Of a stretch of DNA of 64,000 bases, positions 1 through 11,917 are shown one piece after another (within the stretch, counting starts at the first letter, position 1; the number at the start of each line of letters is the position of its first letter). The notes beneath the pieces are model-generated. The model was not told the origin of the DNA. It saw only the letters and a program-made list of their open reading frames with translations, and did no database searches. Source of the stretch: Eledone cirrhosa (taxonomy: Eukaryota); NCBI GenBank assembly GCA_964016885.1, contig OZ024740.1, forward strand, positions 323,764,001 to 323,828,000, read 5' to 3'. Position numbers and translations under genes: made by a program.

Positions 1-924
1 GCCAGCAGAGCAACGTTGATATGAGTTATGAATCATATGAGAGGTGAATAGAGAGAAACATGGTTTTAGGTGTGAAATGTGGTCACCATGATTATGTCCA
101 GTTGTGATAATGTTTAATGGTTACAGAGATGCCTGTTATGTTTTGGCAAGGGTAAGACAAGATAGAGAAGTACTGGTGTGAGAGTGAGAGATTGAGAAAT
201 CGCTAGAGTTGAGAAGGAGCGTCATTCAGAGTAGGGTATGGACGTGAGAGACCAAGAGACTAAGAGAGGGGTATAGTTGAGAGAGAGTGTGCAATAGAGC
301 GAGAGTTATAGATCTGATAGAGTAAGTCAGAGGAAAAAAAGAGAGGTTAGTTTTAGAGAAGGCTATGGACGTGAGGAAATATGATTGAGAGAGAGGTATG
401 GATTTGAGGAAACAGGATAGAGAAGGAGAAGGAGGTATGGATGAGAAAGAGCCTGATTGAGTGAGGGGTAAGGAAGCGAGAAAGGGAGATAAAGAGAGGG
501 GTATGATTGGGAGAGAGCTTGATTGAGAAAGGGATATGTGTGAGAGAGAGAGAGAGAGATATAGATGGATATGATAAGGTAATGAGTAAGTAGTAAGGGA
601 GGTGAATGAGGGAGTAAGGGGGAATAGATTGAGAGAGGGGTAAGATGAGTTCTGGCGTGATAGAGGGGTATGGTGGATAGGAATTATATAGATGGAGATG
701 ATGTTTAAGGAATAGCGAGAGAGGGAGACAGAGAGAGAAGGGGACATGAGAGGGAGGCAAGAAGTGGACGTAAGCAAGAGGTCATCTGGTATCGAGAGAG
801 AGAGGCGTATATGAGAGAAAGAGATAGAGGAGTATGTGAGAGATAGAGGCGTATATGCATGCGAGATAGAGAGAGAGGGATGTGTGAGAAAGCGAGAGAG
901 AGAGAAGGAGAGAGAGAGAGAAAG

Positions 925-980
<56 letters not shown>

Positions 981-1212
981 AGAGAGAGATATGAGAAGGA
1001 AAATAATGGATGGACATGAGCAAGAGATCAAACTATAATAAAATCTTCAACGTAAAAGATAAAAATGTATGATAAAAGAACAACATGCATGAAAGAGATG
1101 TGACATGTGGTCAACATTTATATGTATGCGTGAGTGTATATGTGTATATGAGTATATGTGTGTATATGAGTGTATGTGCGTGTATATGGATATGTATTTC
1201 TATATGTGAGTA

Positions 1213-1249
<37 letters not shown>

Positions 1250-1266
1250 GTATTTATGTGTGTGAG

Positions 1267-1306
<40 letters not shown>

Positions 1307-1454
1307 TACGTGTATATGGATGTACACACGTATTTGTATGTAGGTATATTTGCATCTATGTATATGTATTTCTGTGTGTGTGAATGTGTGTATGTATATG
1401 TATCTGTTTGGGTATATTTCACTTCTCATACACTAATTTACAAATAAACCATGC

Positions 1455-1483
<29 letters not shown>

Positions 1484-1487
<4 letters not shown>

Positions 1488-1676
1488 AAAAAAGTATGAC
1501 CCCGACGGCAGAGCTCAAGCCGTTTCGACGGCTATTTCTGAACTGAAATAGGCGTCGAAACGGCTTGAGCTCTGCCGTCGGGGTCATACTTTTTTTCCTA
1601 TTCCCACTCTACTACCCTAAGTATTGAGTACTCTGGTGCGTTATGGTCCACCTGGTATCTTACCACACCCTCTTTG

Positions 1677-1680
<4 letters not shown>
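1484..1680 (+). mobile_element. Hairpin-plus-tail element, family A copy 1
   Basis: About 55-bp inverted arms (1484-1600) and an ~80-nt tail, in (TA)n. Contains the HHR 3' half GAAAC-GGC-TTGAGCTCT-GCC-GTC. A tail-only fragment lies at 2122-2155. Confidence 0.8.
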
Positions 1681-1726
<46 letters not shown>

Positions 1727-2081
1727 TCACAACACTTTTACATCAGTAGCAAGCAGCTCAGAATCCTCATAGAAATCTGAAAGTGTCAAAATGGCCGTTT
1801 TGTTTGATACAAGGAAGAATATAAATTTCTAAAAGAAGTGTAGATATTATGATAGAATGGGACAAGTATAGGAAAAGACAACATGAGAGGTAGGGGGGGG
1901 GACAGAGATAGACAGAGGAAGACAAGGAATAAGAGAAAACATGAGGTGATTGAGTTGTATGACAAATAACATAATGTTTATTTATTTATATGCAAATAGG
2001 GTAAATATGTATGTATATATATATGTATAAATATGTATGTATGTATAAATATATGAATGTACACATGTATGCATACACACG

Positions 2082-2126
<45 letters not shown>

Positions 2127-2153
2127 ACCTGGTTCCTTACCACATTTCCTTCG

Positions 2154-2209
<56 letters not shown>

Positions 2210-2261
2210 TTATATTTATATATCTAAATTTCTCTCTCTTTCTCTCTCTCTCTCTATTTAT

Positions 2262-2352
<91 letters not shown>

Positions 2353-2458
2353 TGTATGTATGTATGTATACACACACATACATTGATACAGAGATGTGGA
2401 TAGATATATTGGGAGATTATATGTATGAAAATATATATATATACATACATTTATATAC

Positions 2459-2546
<88 letters not shown>

Positions 2547-2956
2547 GTGTGTATGTATATAAATATATATATGAGTGTGTGTGTGTGTGTGTGTGTGTGT
2601 AATCTCTATACGTGTGTATGTGTGTCCTTTAAAAATTAGAGAGACGAGAACACATATACAGTGTGGTTATGAAAGGAAATTGCAGAGGAAGTTGAAGCAA
2701 CTAGTAGTTATGTGGATATGTTGAATAAATGAGAAGTTAAAGTGGAAAGTGATTCTATGTTAGATACGGACGAGATAAAAGTAAGTCTAGAAGAAAGACT
2801 GAAAGAAGAGAGAGATAGTCAGCTAGACAGTCAGACAGACAGACAGACAAACTACAATCCACATAGATAACAGCAAAAATTTGTGTCACAAAATCAAAGA
2901 TATTGGTAGAATACCTGAGAGGTCAAAGGTAACCATTTGTTGTTTCACCGCTAAAG

Positions 2957-2990
<34 letters not shown>

Positions 2991-2991
2991 T

Positions 2992-3052
<61 letters not shown>

Positions 3053-3517
3053 AAACGTATATAAAATATATATAAAAATACATATAAAAATATGTTATAT
3101 CTTTGCTTGATTTACACCACTCAGGGTCAACGTGAGAAGTAAGGGAGATAACTTGCATGACTGTTATGCGATGACTTGTAACTGATACATGAACAATTGA
3201 CAGAATCTCGAAGATTGATGGAAATCTTATGATGTGTGGTTCACTGATTTTCTCAGTAAAGTCTGTTTGGTTCTGTAGTGTAATCAATCGCTCAGTGAAG
3301 GAAAAGGCTGACGAGAAAGAATTTAGATTTAATAGTGTTCCTATATATGATAGACGAACGTATGTTCTGTAAACAGTAGAGTATTGTCATGTTTGGTTTC
3401 AATGAAGCTACAGATGTTTTCACAGAAATTATACACTTTAATCATCCCTTCCAGAAGAGATAAAGAAAAAAGTTAAATTGATCTTTGAGATAATAGACAA
3501 ATATAAATGACTCCCAA

Positions 3518-3567
<50 letters not shown>

Positions 3568-3584
3568 ATACTTATATACTTGTA

Positions 3585-3855
3585 TGCATATGAAAAATGG
3601 AGAATTGTCTGCCAAGAAGGTGTAAAGAACTTTGAGAAATCTCGTTTAGCCCACCGCCGTAAGATAAGATCTAACACGAAAGTCTGGTCAGACATTCCAG
3701 CCTCCTCTGTTCGAGATCCTGTCACCTACACCAAATATGGATTGTTGTGTATATCAACGGCTGGATTGGAGTGCCATATGAGGCATGAACATAAAACAAT
3801 GAACTGGAAAGACGGTTGGACCCTCAAACGCTAAATCGGCGAGAGATTCCATCAT
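3585..3855 (+). mobile_element. RTE-like LINE 3' end fragment
   Basis: WR..CQEGVKNFEKSR..C.STAGL.CHMR.H resembles an RTE ORF C-terminus with a degenerate zinc finger. Confidence 0.5.
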
Positions 3856-4000
3856 ATATTCATGCATACACTCGCATATATGTGTATACTATATATATAT
3901 ATACACATATATACATATACGAGTTATATATACATCTCTCTCTCATATATATACATATATATAAATATGTGTGTGTGTGTGTGTAATATATATATATATA

Positions 4001-4210
4001 TACAATATTAAAGCCATCATACAACTTAGTATTCCCAACTTTAAACAAAGTAGAATGGAGTTATCATTTAAATCCTGTAAGCCTATATACAGTTTAGAAA
4101 TGGCTTCTACGGGACTAGAACTGTTTCATTCGGGAGAAATCATCAGGAAGCTTCCTGATGATTTCTCCCGAATGAAACAGTTCTAGTACTGTAGAAGCCA
4201 TTTCTCTATA
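4001..4210 (-). mobile_element. PLE-type pLTR fold-back insertion with HHR (55-bp-arm hairpin 4096-4205)
   Basis: Palindrome centred on GAAG|CTTC. Each arm carries CTGATGA-T-TTC(TCCC)GAA-T-GAAAC..GT. A tail runs to (TA)n at about 4000. Confidence 0.7.
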
Positions 4211-4603
4211 CATATATATATTCAAAGACCACAGAAAGACGGACATATGCACACACATACACATTCAAAATTGTTTTCCAAAGAGGAACATTTAAATAGC
4301 ATATTTAATACATTAGTTGAGAAGGTAGATATATATATTTTATATAGAAAGGACATCTACAGGATAAGATCTGTTTCATCTGTTTGAAAACACCAAGAAA
4401 GTCCAAAAGGTAGAAGGCGTACATAGATATACAGTATTGGTAAGCGTGACTGCGTAAATGTTTATACAAACTATACATTGAATATGTAGATATGTACACA
4501 TTACCAAATTGTACTTATTTCCTGATGATTTCAAATAAATGAAAGTTCTAATCGTGTACAATTTATGTTCATTTTTTTGTGTTATATGCCCTATTATCTA
4601 GAC

Positions 4604-4935
4604 CAGCGTTTCTCAACCTTTTTACCCTTGTGGCACCCTTGAAATAGGTTCATGTCTCAGGGAACCCCTACATAAAAATTATTATATACCATTATTAATA
4701 TCTATCTCTTATATTGACCTAGTTTTAAATAATATAAGAGGTTGAAGCCTTTCTTAAAATAAACAAGGATTTTCCGACAATATGCCGTAAATGCATAGTA
4801 AAATTACGAATATAAAATTAAACAAACATTACTTTTAAGAAATACATTAGTTTATTTATAACTCGTTCTCGCGGAACCACTAGCGACCACTTGCGGAACC
4901 CTAGGGTTCCGGGGAACACCGGTTGAGAAACGCTG
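4604..4935. mobile_element. hAT (Charlie-like) MITE
   Basis: TIRs CAGCGTTTCTCAACC/GGTTGAGAAACGCTG and an 8-bp TSD ATCTAGAC (4596-4603, 4936-4943). Confidence 0.9.
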
Positions 4936-5675
4936 ATCTAGACTATAATTTCTAAAGTAAAAAGAAAAAAAGTTTCTATATAAACATTTCAAATTCCGCT
5001 CATCGTTTCGAAACACGTTCGTTTGTTTATCTCTCACTATCTATGTATAGCTTTAAAATAATGGCAGAAAATGTAACGAACATTTGGAGTAATGGTACCA
5101 TTTCCACCTGGCAAGATATGAGTTCGTGTCTCGAAAGCGCTTATGTCCAAGTTTCTTCAAAAAATTGTATATATATTTATATATTACTGGTAATTGCTAT
5201 GTTTCTAAGAATGAAAACTGAACGTGTAAGTAGTGAGTCAATTTCCCTTGGAGTTATAGAAGATACAATATCACACGGCCATTCTAACGCAATGTAACCC
5301 AATCTATGTTGTCTTATCTGTTTTATTTTAATAACTGTAAAATATGGTTTGGAGTAGATGTGTTTGATTGTTCTATAAGACTGAGCCACCAAGTAGAGAG
5401 TACCTTCATTGGCATATTATACAATAATATATAAGCATGAACGCCACATTATTCTATTCTGAAATAAATGACAAACAAATTAATCGGGTCTGATTTAGTA
5501 AAGTAAAAGAGGGTGAAGGAGAGGCGTGGCAAGAGAAGGGTGGAGTGGGTATGGTCTGGCAGACCCGGGTGCAGGTGTGAAGGGCACAATTTCTTCTGAT
5601 TTTTCATGCATATAAATTAAGGTGGGGGGTGTCAAGTGTACATTTGCCTCCGGGCTCTGAGAACCCTTGCTAAAC

Positions 5676-5893
5676 CTAGCTTGCTGGCTGTCATCAGCAC
5701 TGTATACCTTCCGGTCAATCGATTGAACGTTTGAAAGTATATACTTTCCTTATGCATATTAACGGCTGACTAACTCACTCGATATGCAAATTAGGCTGCT
5801 CAGCCGTTAATATGCATAAGGAAAGTATATACTTTCAAATGTTCAATCGACTGACAGGAAAATATACGGTGCCGATGACAGCTAATAAGCTAG
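5676..5893. repeat. Long imperfect inverted repeat (MITE or fold-back)
   Basis: About 94-bp arms with a near-perfect inner half around a ~30-nt loop. Confidence 0.7.
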
Positions 5894-6444
5894 AAACTAG
5901 TTCATCGTTCCTTTGTCAATGTTGAACAAAAGGACAACGATGGTTGCCGAACACTGTACGGCTTAATTCGGGCTGTTTATTTTATCGACTCCGCAAGGAT
6001 GAAAGGCAAAGTTATCCTCGGCGGGATTTGAACTCAGATCATAAAAGGCCGTAACTCTATTCTGCAAAGCATGGCGTCCGAATCCCTACCGATACTGCCA
6101 ATCCACCGCCCTTACTACCAGTAGTAATGATATTAAAACTAAATAGCTAATGTTGCTATATAGATATGTGTAGATAAAGAAACGATTATACCAATGCAAA
6201 AATCTTTGATCTGTTGTATACTGTTGTATACTGTTGTATACTGTTGTATACAACAGTATACTATATTGAAGGAGCAAAACACATGAATTTGTAGAAGGTT
6301 GATAGTGAGGAAAATACCACCTGGATAGAGAGAACTTAATACTATCAGATATGTAAGATATATATACTTATATATATATATATATATGTGTGTGTGTATG
6401 TGTACAGTATATGTGTATATAAATATGTATATATATATATATGT

Positions 6445-6642
6445 ATAACGAAGGAAGTCAGGTAAGGAACCAGATGGACCATAACACACCAGAGTACTCA
6501 ATACTTAGGGTAGTAGAGTGGGTAATAGGAAAATGTTTAACCCCGACGGAAGAGCTCAAGCCGTTTCCACGGCTATTTCTGGACCAGAAATAGCCGTCGA
6601 AACGGTTTGAGCTCTGCCGTCGGGGTTAAACATTACATTTTC
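6445..6642 (-). mobile_element. Hairpin-plus-tail element, family A copy 2
   Basis: Reverse-complement homologue of 1484-1680, flanked by TA-rich repeats. Confidence 0.8.
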
Positions 6643-6646
6643 ATAT

Positions 6647-6686
<40 letters not shown>

Positions 6687-6691
<5 letters not shown>

Positions 6692-6983
6692 GGGTGTTAA
6701 AGTTTGCTTGAAGCATTGTGAAATATGTAAAATATGTAGTTTAGAAAGCCACAACAATGCAGATGGGAAATCTCGAGGTAGGAAGTGAGTGAGAAATAGG
6801 AGAAAAGTGGAAAATGAGACAAAAAGGAAAACAAAACAAAGGTAGAAGGGTTACCTCCACTACGGTAACCTTTCTACCTTTGTTTTGTTTTCCTTTTTGT
6901 CTCATTTTCCACTTTTCTCCTATTTCTCACTCACTTCCTACCTCGAGATTTCCCATCTGCATTGTTGTGGCTTTCTAAACTAC

Positions 6984-6991
<8 letters not shown>
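6687..6991 (-). mobile_element. Fold-back solo pLTR related to the intact PLE
   Basis: About 128-bp near-perfect arms around an 8-nt loop (6856-6863). Tail cacaatgcttcaagcaaac matches the ORF start of the 38.8-42.4 kb element. In (TA)n. Confidence 0.8.
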
Positions 6992-7033
<42 letters not shown>

Positions 7034-7038
<5 letters not shown>

Positions 7039-8035
7039 CAACTAGAAATTGATTAACATATAAATAAACATATGAAAAAATCACAGGGGATAATTTTTAC
7101 AAGTGTGCAAGCACACCGAGCTAGGTAGGTAACGAAGCTGGTGTGATGTGTGTATTTTTAGTAGATACAGCACGTGTTACTGGCCAGTCGCTGATTTGAA
7201 CTTAATGCGTAGACACAGATGGCTGGACTTCTTCCTTGTCGAAAATCCAAGTATCGGCCTCCGTGGTTTACCATTCGATTAATTGGTGAAATATATTTCT
7301 TTAATGGAATATATACAGGGAAGATTAATCATATTATAAGGTATTTATTTTTTAAGTTCTAGTTAACTTTATTTAGTTACCTACCTAGCTATGTGTGCTT
7401 ACACACTTGTAAAAATTATCCCCTGTGATTGTTTCATATGTTTATTTATATGTTAATCAATTTCTAGTTGTTATAAAATGCTCGGACCTATTCATTAGAA
7501 TCTTGGAGCTTATTTTACGGGTGATATGGCGCATGCCTTTCTGGCATGACACCCATAATTTTGATTTAGATTAAATTCACTTTGATTTATCTTAATTTTG
7601 GATATAGATATATAAATACGGCTCCTTAATTGTAGAGCTAACTTGACTGCTGTTTCTAGTTGTCGATAACCCTATTTACGCCACTGGGACGAAGCTGGTG
7701 TGATGTGTGTATTTTTAGTAGATACAGCAGGTGTTACTGGCCAATCGCTAATTTGAACTTAATGCGTAAACACAGATGGCTGGACTTCTTCCTTGTTGAA
7801 AATCTAAGTATCGGCCTCCGTGCTTCACCATTCGATTAATTGGTGAAATATATTTCTTTAATTGAATATATACAGGGAAGATTTATATGTTAATCAATTT
7901 CTAGTTGTTATAAAATGCTCGGACCTATTCATTAGAATCTTGGAGCTTATTTTACGGGTGATATGGCGCATGCCTTTCTGGCATGACACCCATAATTTTG
8001 ATTTAGATTAAATTCATTTTGATTTATCTTAATTT

Positions 8036-8040
<5 letters not shown>
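7034..8040 (+). mobile_element. Non-coding mini-PLE-like element: inverted 5' piece plus tandem 557-nt unit
   Basis: 7034-7133 is inverted relative to about 7376-7474. Direct repeat starts at 7134 and 7691; the second copy has an internal deletion. (TA)n flanks. Confidence 0.65.
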
Positions 8041-8072
<32 letters not shown>

Positions 8073-8459
8073 ATATATATATGTATAAACGAAATATATC
8101 AAAATTATGACACTGGGAGACACCTACACACACAGACGAAAGACTTATGGGAAACAAAGTAATCCACACAGTTATTCAAACAGTGGATTGAGCTAGGCTG
8201 AGGAAACTTCAAGTAAATTGAGTTTCATGGGAATGTAGAGGAATTGACAAAATATGATTCTACCATAATAATAATTGTTTCTCTTTTGGCACAAGGCCAG
8301 CAATTATACCAGTTCATTACTGGTACTTTATTTTATCGACCCCCGTAAGGATGAAAGGCAAAGTTAAGCTCGGCGGGATTTTAACTCAGAGCATAAAGGG
8401 GCGTAACTCTATGCTGCAAAGCATGGCGTCTGACCTTCTACCGATACTGCGAATCTACC

Positions 8460-8503
<44 letters not shown>

Positions 8504-8618
8504 GAAAGAAGAAGAAGAAGAAGAAGAAGAAGAAGAAGAAGAAGAAGAAGAAGAAGAAGAAGAAGAAGAAGAAGAAGAAGAAGAAGAAGAAGAAGAAGAA
8601 GAAGAAGAAGAAGAAGAA
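8460..8618. repeat. (AAT)n plus (GAA)n microsatellites
   Basis: Direct reading. The poly-R, poly-E and poly-S ORFs here are artefacts. Confidence 0.95.
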
Positions 8619-9027
8619 ATATGCCCATATTTAACTACACTATTTATATACTTTTGGGGAGAGGTTGGAAGAGCTCTATATAGAAGACCCACTAATATAC
8701 TCCACTACACCCCCAAAATCTCGCAAAACCCCAAAAACTCCGCTACTCACCCAAATATAAAAGACCCCCAGTAAAATGACCCGTCAACACTCCAAACCCA
8801 TAAGGTTCACCGCTCCTACCAAACACAGAAAACCCCTGTAAAAAGACACGCCACTACCGTCAACCTCTACACTCTTAATCAATAGAACTCATAAAGATAT
8901 TTATCAGATCTGTAAAGATTAGGGAGAACCTTAACCACATATATCTGAACTTTATATAAAAAAGGGGGGAAGCGGAAACGATTTCAGAATTATCTCGTGT
9001 CTATATATTATATATTATATATACTAA

Positions 9028-9217
9028 GGCGGTGGATTGGCAGTATCGGTAGAGGGTCGGACGGCATGCTCTGACGCATAGAGTTACGGCCCTTGCCATT
9101 CTGAGTTCAAATCCCGCCGAGGTTAACTTTGCATTTCATCCTTACGGGGTCGATACAATACAGTACCAGAAATACACTGGGTATTTGCTGGCCTTGTGCC
9201 AAAAGTAGAAACAATTA
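9028..9217 (+). mobile_element. tRNA-derived SINE, family 1 (representative copy)
   Basis: A-box-like TGGCAGTATCGG, B box GTTCAAATC, conserved core tttcatccttacggggtcgata..gtaccag, TSD ttatatatacta. Other copies near 5976-6110(-), 8273-8460(-), 9685-9835(-), 12205-12440(-), 13207-13420(-), 28560-28660(+), 28742-28924(-), 32227-32340(+), 32985-33190(+), 46228-46430(+), 49590-49705(-), 58215-58322(+), 58855-58980(-). Confidence 0.88.
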
Positions 9218-9539
9218 TATATACTACTGTTTTATATGTATCTCTTTAATAGCTGTTATATACATTCGTTTGTAACGTATGTAGACATTAATTGAAATGA
9301 ATAACTACCTACATAAAATAGACACGAGCATATCTTCAAGCACTCACACATACATACGTATATATGTATGTATATATATATATATTTTTTTTTTAAGGTT
9401 TATGTTTATATAGGTAGGTATGTATATGTATATATGTATATATGTGTGTGTGTGAATATGTATTATATATGTGGGTGTGGGTGGGTGAGTGTATAAGAAA
9501 ATGTATATATACTTTTCAAAACTTAAATGTATATATGTG

Positions 9540-9589
<50 letters not shown>

Positions 9590-10234
9590 CAAAATAAGGT
9601 GGATGTAGCAGATTTGTTCCAGAGAAGGATAGAGAAAGTGCGAAAATGGAAGTGAGAAAGCAACATAGGGAAATAATCGCCTTCAGTACTAGACTGGTAC
9701 TTTTTTATCGACCTTAAATAGATGAAAGGAAAAGTTGACCTCGGTGGGATTTGAACGTAGGGAGCAGAGATCCAAAACGAATACTATAAAGTATTCTATC
9801 CGACATTCTAACGACTCTGCTAATTCGTCGCCTCTTTTCGCGACGAAAGGGCCGTGCAAATCATAGAAGTGTCCCTGATAGCTCCTACTCTATTTTTTCT
9901 TGTTTTAAATCCCATATTTTCTTAGACAATGAGGTAGGTTTGCGAAGTTCTGGATTTTTAAATGAGAGGGTGTGCAACATCTGGATAATCATATTACATA
10001 ACTCCATCAACCACGTCGAGAACAATTAGTTTGCATCTTCAATTCACACAAATACGAATTAACCAGCATAGAGGGAAACTTCTTTATCTTCTTATAAATA
10101 TATATATATATATATAATGACGTATTATTCGTTTTTTCCCGTTCTTTGCCAGCGAACGTTACCACGAACTAAAGTATCGTCTTCCTGTCTTCCTCCGGTT
10201 GCAACGTTTTTTGAAATATCCAGTTCTGCGTTTA

Positions 10235-10308
10235 CAGATTGACTTTGTTAGTTTCAGAAGATCCCGTTAAGGGTGAAAGCAGCGATTCTTTGCTTAAACT
10301 TTAATCTG
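10235..10308 (+). ncRNA. Type I hammerhead ribozyme-like motif (variant core CAGAAGA)
   Basis: Stem I AGTTT/AAACT plus CAGATTGA/TTAATCTG, stem II CCC/GGG, GAAA, stem III AGCAG/TTGCT. Predicted cut after 10295. Confidence 0.65.
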
Positions 10309-10339
10309 TTATTTTAATAAATATATATATATATATATA

Positions 10340-11067
10340 TTATTATATTATATTTTGAGAATAAACTCTCAGTCATTTACAATAATTAAGCTCCAGGAAA
10401 AGGGGCTCTTCCGAGCAGTTAAATACATTTAAAATATATGATAAACACGAAATGTGTTTATATTGCAACAGACAAAGTTAGCTATTAATGAAATAAACTA
10501 ATTAAAGTGAATACAATTTGTCTGTGTCGATATAAGTCAATAAAGACAAGCTTATATTGGCAACGGCCATGATTCCTGGACAGATTTAAATTTCAAAATT
10601 CAAACCTGTTCTGTAGACGAATTTGAACCTCGAAACCTAAATAAGTTTCGCAACGGTGGAATGTGAATTGAAAAGTAAAGAGAATCGAAATGGAATAGAA
10701 ATAAAAGAGTGAAATATCCAAATCTTCTGTGCTTATCAAGAGGAATCCAGTAAAATTAGTATTTCTCACATCAAAAATTTTGCAGGTCTGACTACACGTG
10801 TGTAGGCAGGCCAAAACTAGCCGTCCCGCATTCACGGTGCTAGAAATAACAGCCGCTTATGCAGGATTAAGGATCAGCTCTACAATAAAGGAGCCATACA
10901 TTATATTATATTTTGAGAATAAACTCTCAGTCGTTTACAATAATTAAGCTTGTCTTTATTGACTTATATCGACACAGACAAATTGTATTCACTTTAATTA
11001 GTTTATTTCATTAATAGCTAACTTTGTCTGTTGCAATATAAACACATTTCGTGTTTATCATATATTT

Positions 11068-11072
<5 letters not shown>
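10340..11072 (-). mobile_element. Non-coding mini-PLE-like element: inverted piece plus 558-nt terminally repeated unit
   Basis: Inverted repeat about 10427-10552 vs 10946-11072. Direct repeat ends at 10392 and 10950. HHR-like TTGATAA..GAAAC at 10628-10743 (minus). (TA)n flanks. Confidence 0.65.
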
Positions 11073-11138
<66 letters not shown>

Positions 11139-11857
11139 TTCGGAAAAGATTGTTTTGGTAAAAAGAGGAGTAAGCAGGAGAAAGCTGTCAACAATCGTTG
11201 TTTTAGTTACGATGGAGAATTTTATAAAAATAACAAAATAAGATGCTGAGGTTACATATATCGTTTACTCATTATAATTTTCTCCACGGTTTTCCACGCA
11301 ATCTTGATGTCCTTCATGCATTAGCTGTTGTTATGAGAACGGTATCCTGAGATGAAAATCGATATGTTTGATATGCCGCTGGCAGGAAAAAACCGGTCCT
11401 AATGCCTGTGTGTCCAGCATATATATGAGACGATATATAATATATATCAGAATTGAATCAGTCTCAAACTAGTTAGACCATTATTCAACAGAATACTCGA
11501 TACTTGGGATAGAGGAGTAGGACAATATTAGAAAAAGTCGGGGCCTGACGGCTCGGCTCTTGTCGTAACCCAACTCTTTCTAATACACACACTCATATAT
11601 ATATAAATATTGAATTTTCGTTTATACTGTATGAAATTATAAAATGTTCTTGCCAGTGTGATCTTCTTCCACACATACAGATGTGTGTGTGTGTGAGTGT
11701 GTGTGTATGTGTGTCTGTGTGTGTGTGTATCTGTCTGTGCGTGTGGGGGCGCGCGTGTATGTGTGTGTGTGCGTGCGTGTATCGGTCCGGGGCTTATTTT
11801 ATTGTTCATTGTTCATGAAATGGCTATATCATCAACATTTATCACAAATCTTTCACA

Positions 11858-11917
<60 letters not shown>

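Noticed and set aside
226-1031. 265-aa Leu/Ser-rich ORF and overlapping ORFs
   Set aside because: Degenerate GA-rich low-complexity DNA with no domain motifs.
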